This document shows, piece by piece, positions 54,305-64,000 of a stretch of DNA of 64,000 bases. Under the pieces are notes generated by a model. The model was not told the origin of the DNA. It ran no database searches and saw nothing but the letters and a program-made list of their open reading frames with translations. Source of the DNA: Cladosporium halotolerans (lineage: Eukaryota); the NCBI RefSeq assembly GCF_011745625.1, contig NW_027191456.1, positions 620,001 through 684,000 on the forward strand, read 5' to 3'. The stretch's first letter is position 1; the number at the start of each line of letters is the position of its first letter. A program made the position numbers and the translations under genes.

Positions 54305-56534
54305 TTCACTCACCACAAAAGACCCGCCCCGCAGGATCTCGTCCTCCGGAGCATCCAACCCAAGATTGTTGACATGTACCACTCGACCATTTGCATTCCC
54401 GCCAGACTGTTTGGAAATCTAACCACCTGTCCCGAGCCCGCGACTACGGAGCTCTTTCTGCTTTCCCCACGGCGTCAGAACACCTCGCAACTCTCGGACA
54501 ACCACGTCCGCTTTTCCTTGTATTAACCAGACTGTGTCGGGTCGAGCCCGCAGCGTCAGCTGTCAGAGGCGCGGTCTCCGTGTCTCCGGCCCCCATCTCC
54601 ATCTTGCTGTGGAACTTGTCTTCCGCAGCAAGGGAACCACCAGCCACCAACGCGACTGCCTTCGCGTGGACAACACCCCCCTCTGCCCTGTCATCGTACA
54701 GCCATTTTCGATTCACCCACCAGACTGCCAACATCGTCTGCCGCTGCCTCTTGCGTTCCTGTGCTCGAGGGCGAAGCGAAGGCGCAACTATGCGTGATAC
54801 CCGTCGACTGCGTCACGTCTCCTCACTGGCTGTGGAGACTGATAAGTCGGCGGGTTAAAAGCTGCTGCGCGATTAACCTTTACCCTGTTAGCTGGCCTTG
54901 ACGCTTGAGTTTGTTCGTTCTCTGAAGCTTGAAGGGATTGTTGTGAGGAATGCAAGTGTGGATGGCGTGGAGAGTGCTAGGTAGCGTTGTTGTAGGGGTT
55001 TGAGGAATTGAAGTCGTCGGCCACATTTTCTTCGTTCCACTTTCGTCTTTGTCGTCTGTGATTGTCACCGCGTCCAGGTGGGATTTGAGACTCGTGTCGG
55101 TCGAGTGGGTGTGATGGAGGTTGGATCGACAACGTCACATTGGAGACCATCATCAGTTCAGGACTTCGTTGAGTCTTACAAGTATCCGAAAGCCTGTGGC
55201 ACATGAAACCTGATATTCAACCTACCTTAGTGTGGCGAGTGCTGTCTGATAATCCGCGCTGACAATGCGAGATAGGCGTCTATGTGACTTCCAAGCATCT
55301 CAAGACACGTCAAACACAATGATGTAGCCTGCCATGCCACCGAGGAATCATGGTCCTTCCCACGGACTCACATGTACTTCGCGGCAAGGATTCGGATGAT
55401 TGGCGTCTGGCTGTTCAAAGCCAGTGAAGTGGCTACTCCATTCGCCGACCAACACGAGTCAGACCGCCGACGAGAAGGAAGTGATTCGACGATGAACAAG
55501 AACGAATGCGGTAGCTTCAACCTACTTCGCCTATGCTTGACCACCACCGTCAAGACCTTGGAAACTTGTGCCGTGGCCATCAAGAGCCGGGGCGAGACCG
55601 GCGCGAACAAAGTGCGCTCGTTGCGCGTCCCAAGCCCTCGATCTCAACCCTCCATCGATCTTATCTCCACGATGACGAGGGTGGGTGCTCTGGAGAGAGG
55701 CGACGTTCGAGCGAGCGAGATGGCGGGGATCGCCACACTGCACTTTTTCTGCTGCCATGTGAAGTCATAGGAGCAAGGGGAGCGAGATTGCACGCGCTGC
55801 CGTGTTTGCAGATCATGAGGGTTGCGCCGAGCGCGGCGAGAGCGGCTTGTTGCCGAGAAGAAACTCTGAGCCTCGCGACTTGGCTATGCGAAGCCTTGCC
55901 AATCCTGTTCTTGTCTGAAGACGAGATGGAGGATCGCGGTCTTCGATGGCATCGCTGGTCTTCGCGCAGACATGGCATTTCACACGCTGCAAGCAATGGC
56001 CGAACGGTCCAGGCGGGGAGAACGACGTCAACCGTTTCCTTCCGGAGTTTCGCCCGGCCATCAGTCGATTCCTCCTCTCACGGGCTCACTGCCGATTCGT
56101 CTCATATGACACCCTCCATCATCTCGCAGCGCCGGCGGAGGCCAATGGCGTCTTCGCGGGAACGGACGTCGCGCCGCGTGTGGTTGGGCAAGAGAACTCC
56201 CACGCAACGAGTACGTACATCGCGATTCTGACGGCCTCGCTGTTGCTTGTGTAAGCGTGTTAACGAACGATCGCCCTTTCGTCCTAGGTAAGGGTCGGGT
56301 CCTGCGACTGCTATTACAAACGCCGGTCAGGTCTTCCCTTCTAGTTGTTCTGCCTTTCCTCTTCTCTTGTGCTTCCTTGAACGTTGTTCTTGCTTTGTCT
56401 CGCTCACGTACATCTGACGTCGCCACATCTCTCGCAGCGGGCGATTTGAACTTCATATCAACATCAGGTATACTTGCGCATCTATCACTGGATCACTCTA
56501 GCACTCCGCGGAGTCTAGTATACCTTAGTACACC

Positions 56535-57470
56535 ATGGCGCCTACCATCTGGGGTCTGAACCTCGGTGAGATGAAATGGGGAAAGTTCAAGAGCAGCTAC
56601 ATGTTCGGCAACAAGGACTATCACTTGCGACGAACCAAGTTCATCGTATACCAGCTGGCTCTGATCTTCACCGTCGTCTCCGAGTCGCTTGGAACATCAG
56701 CGCTTTCAAGTATGTCTTCGCTTCACTCCTCGCTTACCCTGTATCGATGCTGACAGTGTCGCAGACTACGTCGACGAACAAAAGCTGGTCCAAAAGCTCA
56801 ACCCCAGCGCCTACAACTACAACAATGACTACGTTGGCGCAGCGTCCTTCAACATCTTCGCCGGCGTCTTCACGGCCTTCATCTTCGGCGCGGCGTTCTT
56901 CTTCGACCTCTTCTGGCCCATGCGCCATGAAGACCGCGGCATCCGCATCGCGTGGAAAGGCTGCGGCGTCGCGTCCGTCGTCTTCGTCCTCGCCTCCGCG
57001 CTCGAATTGACGATCATCACCGCGCGCAACAGCGGATACGTCGACGGCGTGAGTCCCTCCGAAGCCGAGGAGCTGCTCAGGCAGTACAAGAAGTACTCGA
57101 TCACGCCGCTCCGCTACAAGGACAACGGCCGCGCGCTCGCGGCCGTGGTCTTCGTCTGGCTCGGCTTTGTCTTTACCTTTGCTAGGTACGCCCCTGCTGG
57201 TTATGGACGCCGTTTACGAACCCCCCCACTGACAACTCCCCAGCTGCGTCATCCTGTTCTACTCCATCGACAACGCCGAGAAGGGCCCCGGCCCCCTCAC
57301 CGCCCACGCCCGCGCCGCCGAGATGGCCCAGACCGACCCCCACCGCGACCCCGAAGCCGCGTACGCGATGGACGAGTCCGAAGACAGCGCAGAAAAGGCA
57401 CACAACACCGCGCCCGAAGGCGCGGCAGCCGACATGCCGCGCGAGCCTACTCCGGCGGCCACAAATTAAT
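56535..57470 (+). CDS. Conserved fungal multi-pass (about 4 TM) membrane protein; introns 56710-56764 and 57186-57243
   Basis: MAPTIWGLNL..YHLRRTKFIVYQLALIFTVVSESLGT, NIFAGVFTAFIFGAAFFFDLFWP; canonical splice sites join three exons to TAA at 57468. Confidence 0.8.
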
Positions 57471-58135
57471 CGATCAGCCGATGCGAGGCCAGATTGAAAG
57501 GTATACGCCGGAGAAGCAGAAGCTGCGATATAGTCGACTGTCGAGCCTGCTGGAGAGCCATGAGAGCCCGCAGAGTTTCGACTCGAGGGAGGGCAGCGAG
57601 ACGTCGGATTTCAGCTCGCTGGTGCTTGGGTTCAAGAGAGGTCATGCCGGTTGGAGGCAGAGCCCACGGACTCTTGGCCAGATGAGCCTTGCGAAGCTGA
57701 CGAGTGGCGTTGCGGATGGTGGGTGGGATAGTCGGTAATGGAGCTTATTTGTTTTCCGAGAGTTGAGGAGCTCGTTGGTCTCTTGTCTGGTCTCTTGGTC
57801 GGCTGCATGCTTCAAGGCGTAGCACGGTTATTGATGTTGACGTGCATTTTTCTTTTCATATAGAAGCATACAATGATACCCAATAGATTCTCTGCTTCAG
57901 TCAGAGGTTGAATCGCTGCTGTGCACAATTCCGTGCATCCTGTCGTCTCATTGCGTGTTATGTTTGAAGGTATCGCATTCCTCGCCCTCTTGCGGCGGCT
58001 GGAGTCGCACGCGAGCTTTCCCGAGGTGGAGTGGCTCGAGCTCCGCGCCTCGAACCCCAATCGCGCGGTCTAGCAACATTATTCTGCCGGAGGGGCGACG
58101 CTTTGTGTTGCAGACGCATACATACCTCCAGAGCG

Positions 58136-59789
58136 ATGGCTGTTCCTACTCCGGGAGACGATGTAAGCCATTGCCATACCCTACCATGACATTAGAAAGC
58201 TCACACGCGCGCAGGTCTTCCAACAGCTGAAGCAGCCGATGGACCCGAAGGTGATCGAGCAGCAAGAGAGGGAGCTCAATGAGAGGGCACACGTGCAGTA
58301 TGAGCGCGCTCAGCGCCGGCAGGCTGAGATCGTGAGTCATCTGCGAGCTCAGATACTACCGAGCGCCTTCTAATCCTCCTAGATTGGCGCCAATTCCACC
58401 AAGCCCGTGACCATCTCGTCTGTCCGCATGGTCGGCGCGCCGAACACCCGCACCGAGTTCCTTGAGCGCATCTTCCACCCGATTCTCTCCCATAACCGCG
58501 ACACTACGTACACGCTGAAGGAGGCTCTTGCCGAGATTGGCGGCGCAGTCGACAAGCTGGACCGCCTCGACATCTTCCACCGCCCGATCAGCACCTACAT
58601 CGACACCCCGGACCAGACCGACCCTTCGAGCACACCCACGGACCATGCAGTCTTCATCAGCGCGAGAGAGAGGGGCAGGTACACGATCAAGACAGGAACT
58701 GAGGCAGGCAGCTCGGAGGGAAGCGCATACTTGAACGTCGTGCTGAGGAACATCTTTGGCGGAGCCGAAAGCTTGAACGCGAATGCCAGCTTGGGTACCA
58801 GGACCAGGAGCGCGTACAGCGCGAACTTCGACACGCCGGTGCTGGCCAACCCGGATCTGAGGTGGCAGGTTGGTGGGTTGGCGAGCAGCACGCTCAAGAC
58901 TTGGGCTTCGCACGAGGAGGTACTGAGGGGTGGCTCTACGAGGTTCCTTTGGCGCACTTCTCCGGGCAGCCAGCATGATTTCGCCTACACTGGTATGTGG
59001 AGACAAGTGACAGGTCTGGCGGAGAAGGCGTCTCCCAGTATCCGCGCAGACGCGGGCGACAGCTTCAAGTCCTCCCTCTCTCACACCTGGACCAACGACA
59101 CCAGAGACATCCCCATGATGCCCTCTCGCGGCTATCTGCTCAAGACCATGACCGAGATCGCCGGCCTCGGCCCCCTCAAAGGCGACGTCGCATTCGGCAA
59201 ATTCGAGCTCGAATCCCAAGGCGCCGTCCCCATCCCCATCCCCGGCATCCGAGGCGACAGCGGCATCTCGCTCACCGCCGGCCTCCGCGGCGGCCTCCTC
59301 TACCCCCTGACCCTCAACGGCCAGCCCGCGCCCTCGCAGAGCAGGGTCAACGACCGCTTCCAGCTCGGCGGCCCCACGGACGTCCGCGGCTTCCGCCTCT
59401 CCGGCCTCGGCCCTCGCGAAGGCCAGGACGCGCTCGGCGGCGACGTCTACGCCGCGGGCGGCGCTTCGCTGCTCTTCCCCATCCCGCGCATGGGCAAGGA
59501 CACCCCGCTGCGCTTCCAGACGTTCATCAACGCGGGCCGCCTGCTGGCGCTGAAGGACACGCGCGAGGACAAGGAGCAGGCGATGAGCTCGGGCGACGTG
59601 AGCAGCAGTTTCAAGCAGACCGTCGACGAGCTGAGCAATGGGCTGCCGAGCACGGCGGCGGGTTTTGGGCTGGTGTATGCGCACCCGGCGGCGAGGTTTG
59701 AGGTCAATTTCTCGCTGCCGCTTGTGATGAGGAAGGGCGAGGAGGGCAGGAAGGGGTTGAGCTTTGGGGTTGGGCTGAGTTTCTTATAG
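58136..59789 (+). CDS. SAM50: Mitochondrial outer-membrane SAM complex core subunit Sam50/Tob55; 2 introns (approx. 58163-58214 and 58332-58382)
   Basis: POTRA-like region followed by an Omp85 barrel: RNIFGGAESL, DRFQLGGPTDVRGF, and the C-terminal beta-signal LSFGVGLSFL. Confidence 0.95.
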
Positions 59790-60005
59790 TCATGTTTTTG
59801 TTTTGCGATAGAGCTGTATATTACATGGCAGCCAGCGCTGCCGTCTCGTCTCTTCTAAGTGTGTAGATATTGTATTGTCTTGTGACGTGTTATATTTCGT
59901 TAAGCGTCCGGTCTTCGGAAATCCTTCATCGTACAAAATTCGTTCCGTTTCTCTCCTCAAGGATCAAGCCATCATACACAATTGCAATCTCCCCTACAGA
60001 GCCGC

Positions 60006-60625
60006 TCAGTACGGCGGATTCTGCACAGCCTGCACGTAGGTGTCGGTACAGCTAGAATCGTTCCCCTTCCAAGAGACCTGCAAAGACGCACGAACCGTTA
60101 GCGAAAGAGAAAAAATCCAAACCCCACCAAAATAGAAAGGCAACATACCACTTGCTGACCCAGATCCCCCTCACAAACCCTCCACCCCTCTCTCTCGCCC
60201 CCAACGGTCAACAGAAACCCTCCCTCGAGCGCCAGGTTCCCCTTCCCCTGCTTCGCCGGCGCGAACATCAGCTCCTCGCCCGCCGCCACGCGCGTGCTGT
60301 TGTACTCGAACTCGCCGACGCCGTGCGGACCCGCGGCCTCGGTCTCGAGCGTGCCGTCGGAGGTCAGGTTGAAGCGCGGGAGCGTGTTGTAGCCCGGGCC
60401 GGTCAGGCGGAGGAGGTAGTTTGTTTGCGCGAGGGGGTCGAAGAGTGAGGTTAGGTTTGCGTTCGGGAGGAGGGTGCTGTTTGTGCGCGGGTCGGGGGAG
60501 GTGGTTGTTAGGAGGAGGAAGTCGGTTGGGTTGTTTGTGCTGGCGCCCGGAGCGTTGGTGTAGTTTGTTGGGAGGGCGGTGGCGAGGGTTGTGAGGGCTG
60601 TGAGGAGGGCGGTGGAGAGGTGCAT
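60006..60625 (-). CDS. Secreted hypothetical glycoprotein (about 180 aa); one intron near 60148-60078
   Basis: Signal peptide MHLSTALLTALTTLATA and several N-x-S/T sites; spliced end ..CEGDLGQQV|VSWKGNDSSCTDTYVQAVQNPPY*. Confidence 0.7.
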
Positions 60626-62104
60626 CTTGGCGGGTTAGGAGAGGATGTATGTCGTTCGGTTTTGATGGGAGGTTTGAAGTAATGTATGTTGTAGTTGAGA
60701 AACGGATTGTGTGGTTGAAATGGAGAGGTTGAAAGGCAGAGCGAGTCGTCCTTGCTTTCTATAAGTAGAATTAGGCATGAGTTAGGTACCTCACGGCAGA
60801 GGCAGCCCGAACTCCACCTCAACCAGCCATTCGCCTGAAAAACGTCGTCAAGTTCCACTAGATATGACGATCCTACCTCCAACTCCGATCAGACTGGCAA
60901 ATCTCAATTACACCCTCACTGAGTTTCGAGGGCTGAGATGATGAATCCCCGGGACCGGAGTGCAAATTGTCCATTATTGGGTTCCTTATCCCTCTGCGAA
61001 ATGATCCGTGTATTGTTTCGTCTGCTTCTAGGTAGACATGTCGAAGGATTCCGACGCAGGTACCATGCAGTGCACGCGAATATAGTGGGCCTTAGGAACG
61101 CAGCAACAGGGGTCTGGCAAAAGGTTGCACGGACCTCAAAGGCGAGTGACGTTTGTCTCCCCAAATCCTTCGCGTTGGCGTGCTACATGTCCAGTACCTC
61201 GATGAATTCAATTTGCCCGAACACTTCTCACTCAAAGAATTGCAGTAATCGCAGCCCTGCTGCAGCGTGTTTCACATTATCAATTTCATAGACTCTCCGA
61301 GCGACGTCAGGTCTCGATAGTAATTATAAAAGAGAAGGTCTTGTGTCACCCTCCCCTTTCATTTTGAAGACTACTTCAGAAAGATTCGGAGATGATCATC
61401 TTAGCACAAATTTTCATAGACCTCAAAAACTATGCGCACTGTATCACTTCAGCTACGCTGGTTATGCCCGAGCATCTGCCTTGCCGGACTGTGGTTCATG
61501 GAGCCCGATTTTCAGGTTCCAAGGCAACCCCTTCGCGAAATCCCACCATCTCGTCCTTTGACCCGAACACCTGAAAAGAATCTCTGCTGTTTCACCTCGC
61601 TCGTGCTGTTCGACGATCGGCGATGTCTGCTTTCTTTATCATTTAAACTTTCTAGAAGTATGTTTCCCACAAGGCCGTGAAGCAACCGCAAGCGGTTCTT
61701 TACTTCGGAACAAAGGATCTCTTCGCTTCCAAGGCCGCAGCACCATCTTGATCTCGCTACCGACTGTATGCATGCATCTGGAACACTTCCTCAGCGTCTT
61801 ACTGTACTGCCCAAAGACGGGGTGATTTTTGCCGACGAGCCTCACCTCATTATCGCAACAATGACAGGGGACATGCGGCCCGCACGCTGCCTCCAACACC
61901 AGAACTATTGAACAATGAAGAAGATCTTAATGCACGTAGGTGACATCGTCCTTGCTTCAAACCGGTCCGGGTGCATGGTCGTGCTCTTTTATAATCCTTT
62001 GGCGTCCGTGTCGTTCCACTGACCCTCTTTGACCTTACGAGGACCTGGGATCTAGACTCTCGATCATACAAACGCATCTATCCGATCGAACCGCCCCATT
62101 CACA

Positions 62105-63202
62105 ATGGCGACTCCGACTAAGCGTCTGCATTGGACACAGCGCGTCGCGCTGATTCGAAGCAGCCTACATGCCGCCAGCCGAAGTGGTGACTTTACCTTC
62201 TTCAAGAGCCTTCAGGCAGCTGGCATGCTAGAAGGCACCAATCATGTGGCCGTACTTTCAGCTCAGATGGGCGATGATGTCGACACACTGCTGGTAGCAA
62301 TGGACAATTTGAATGCAGGTCTTGCCTACGTGCATCAAGACGCGTTTCAGAGGGTCTACGATGGCCTCAAGAAATCTACACGAGAAGAAGCCGATGGCGA
62401 GACGACCTACGACAGCAGGAAAACGAAGCTTCATGTCGACATCACTATGCAATGCAACATCGCAGATCTCGCTATCGACAAGATGACCAACTCAGCCATC
62501 TCCCTCATCAACGGTCAGTCGGAAACCTTCCAGGAGTCAGCGGCAAGTGTGTGGATCACAGGGGCCACAATCATTGCAGATTGCATTGAGGTTACACTAC
62601 AGCAGATGCAGTCCTTAGAAACAAAGATGAACGACTTTATACGCATTGAGGACAGCCTCAACACAGTCAAGGCCTCCATTGTCGCTGCGGTCACTGGCCT
62701 CAAAGGAGTATTTTGGCTCATGGACACCAACAGCCAACCCTCCTCTCCTGCCAGCTCTGTGGCTTCTACATCCCCGCTCAGCGCCAGCTTTGCTTCGGCA
62801 GGGGCTGGAATGTTTAGGCGCCTGTCCAGTGCCTTCACCCCCAGCCCAAGCACCTCGCGGAGCTCGTCAATCACGTCGGTGGCGCTGAATGCCACCAAGG
62901 CGCGAACGAACTCCATATCTGCTGGCTCTAGCAGTGCCCCGGTCTTACGGACGCCGAGCTACGGTCGCAATTCTATCTCGGGCGGCTGCCCAAATAGTAT
63001 GCCCCCGTCATTTCGCAGCAGCTTCGAGAACTTCCAAAGCCATCTGTCGCCCATTCCACCCACCCCTGCGCTGGACGACGACAAAGATCCATTTGACACT
63101 TCCGTCGCTCCACCCATGCCTAGAATGCCGACTCTCCCCAGTATGGTGGTACTGCCAAACACACCTCTCGGAGAGAACCAAGGCTTAGCAGGCATGGTAT
63201 GA
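62105..63202 (+). CDS. Hypothetical protein (365 aa): helical N-terminal domain with a Ser/Pro-rich tail
   Basis: Intronless ORF with CACAATGG start context; no family recognised. Confidence 0.7.
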   Translation: MATPTKRLHWTQRVALIRSSLHAASRSGDFTFFKSLQAAGMLEGTNHVAVLSAQMGDDVDTLLVAMDNLNAGLAYVHQDAFQRVYDGLKKSTREEADGETTYDSRKTKLHVDITMQCNIADLAIDKMTNSAISLINGQSETFQESAASVWITGATIIADCIEVTLQQMQSLETKMNDFIRIEDSLNTVKASIVAAVTGLKGVFWLMDTNSQPSSPASSVASTSPLSASFASAGAGMFRRLSSAFTPSPSTSRSSSITSVALNATKARTNSISAGSSSAPVLRTPSYGRNSISGGCPNSMPPSFRSSFENFQSHLSPIPPTPALDDDKDPFDTSVAPPMPRMPTLPSMVVLPNTPLGENQGLAGMV

Positions 63203-63357
63203 TGGAGTGACTTACGCCCCATCCTCATTCTTTGAATAACGAGCTATGTGTGCTAGAGATATTCCCTTGTTGTTTCTGCTGTCTGCTGCGAGATATGCCT
63301 TCTTTATTTGACACTGTCTTTCATGCCTGTACGATAACGAAGATGGTAATTGATCAC

Positions 63358-64000
63358 TTAGAAACGTTCTGCTTCCACGGCTCTCCAGATCGAATCACCT
63401 TTTCCACCATACCCCACCTTCGTCTCCTTGCCAACAAGATCCCCTAGCATATTCAACACCTCGCATGGAATGGACATAGTCCCCATCACGTACTTCCTCT
63501 GCCACCCCGAGTCCCCGCTCCACTCCCAGCTCTCAAGCCCAAATTCATCCCCCACCCTCGCAACTCCCTGACAGCGCTGCCCAACTCTCACAATCATCCC
63601 CCGCGAGCCCACCTCCGCATTCTCATGCTTCAATACAACACTCACCCTCCCCTCACCCCCTTTCCCCAGCCCCTCAACCCACACCCCATCCCTCCTCAAC
63701 CCTTCCAAAACCCCCTCAACAGCCCCCTCTCCCACCTTTCCCGTCACCTCAGCCTCAACCTCCCTCCACCCCTCCACATACTCCCCCTCCAGCCCCGTAG
63801 CCGGATTGACCATAACGCCCTTCTCCAACTCCACTCCCTCCTCACCCCCTTCCACCATCTCGCCCTTGTCCACAACGCTCTCTGCCTCGCGCGTCCTCGA
63901 GTCCACCCAGTGCTGCCACTGCGCGTGCGCGCCGGAGCGCGAGGACACGCCGGCGAACGCCCAGTCGAGGTCTGAAGGGGAGATTTGGGAGGTGGGGGCG
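63358..64000 (-). CDS. HRI1: Hri1-family protein, 3' part (runs off the window end)
   Basis: LDWAFAG..S, WQHWVDSR, LEKGVMVNPATG...YVEGW and RGMIVRVGQRCQGV are Hri1-family motifs. Confidence 0.75.
   Translation of the reverse strand, partial: APTSQISPSDLDWAFAGVSSRSGAHAQWQHWVDSRTREAESVVDKGEMVEGGEEGVELEKGVMVNPATGLEGEYVEGWREVEAEVTGKVGEGAVEGVLEGLRRDGVWVEGLGKGGEGRVSVVLKHENAEVGSRGMIVRVGQRCQGVARVGDEFGLESWEWSGDSGWQRKYVMGTMSIPCEVLNMLGDLVGKETKVGYGGKGDSIWRAVEAERF

Noticed and set aside
54870..56500. Several 80-230 aa ORFs between the BTB and membrane-protein genes
   Set aside because: Overlapping, motif-less and without codon bias; no consistent gene model.
60090..60740. C-rich and G-rich arms as terminal inverted repeats of a transposon or MITE
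   Set aside because: The arms are complementary only in composition, not in exact sequence; no target-site duplication or transposase, and they lie within intact genes.

Overview
Gene-dense, intron-containing DNA from a filamentous ascomycete fungus. The short GT-AG introns with CTRAC branch sites and the gene content suggest Pezizomycotina; Dothideomycetes is my guess only. I can support 28 protein-coding genes. Most are housekeeping: PRP4 kinase (partial), APP1, ATG15, a VPS9-domain GEF, RPL7, SNF8/VPS22, NST1, RHO2, ILV2, ATP14, TFIIB/SUA7, an HSL-family hydrolase, a TBC Rab-GAP, an E2 enzyme, a BTB protein, SAM50 and HRI1 (partial). A block of three secreted-protein genes lies at 4.5-10 kb, and an intronic box C/D snoRNA lies in RPL7. 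No transposon, tRNA, rRNA or CRISPR was recognised. Most notable observations: (1) about 14 sub-kb strand-symmetric composition domains (C/A-rich arm, CpG-rich core, G/T-rich arm on the + strand regardless of gene orientation), mostly over gene 3' ends; (2) a GC-AG intron in the BTB gene with two in-frame acceptors that would add or remove a C-terminal membrane anchor; (3) a probable GUG-initiated basic N-terminal extension of APP1; (4) a LysM + lysozyme-like protein whose expected catalytic Glu is Thr; (5) a highly base-paired RPL7 intron 1. All gene models are manual readings without database searches.
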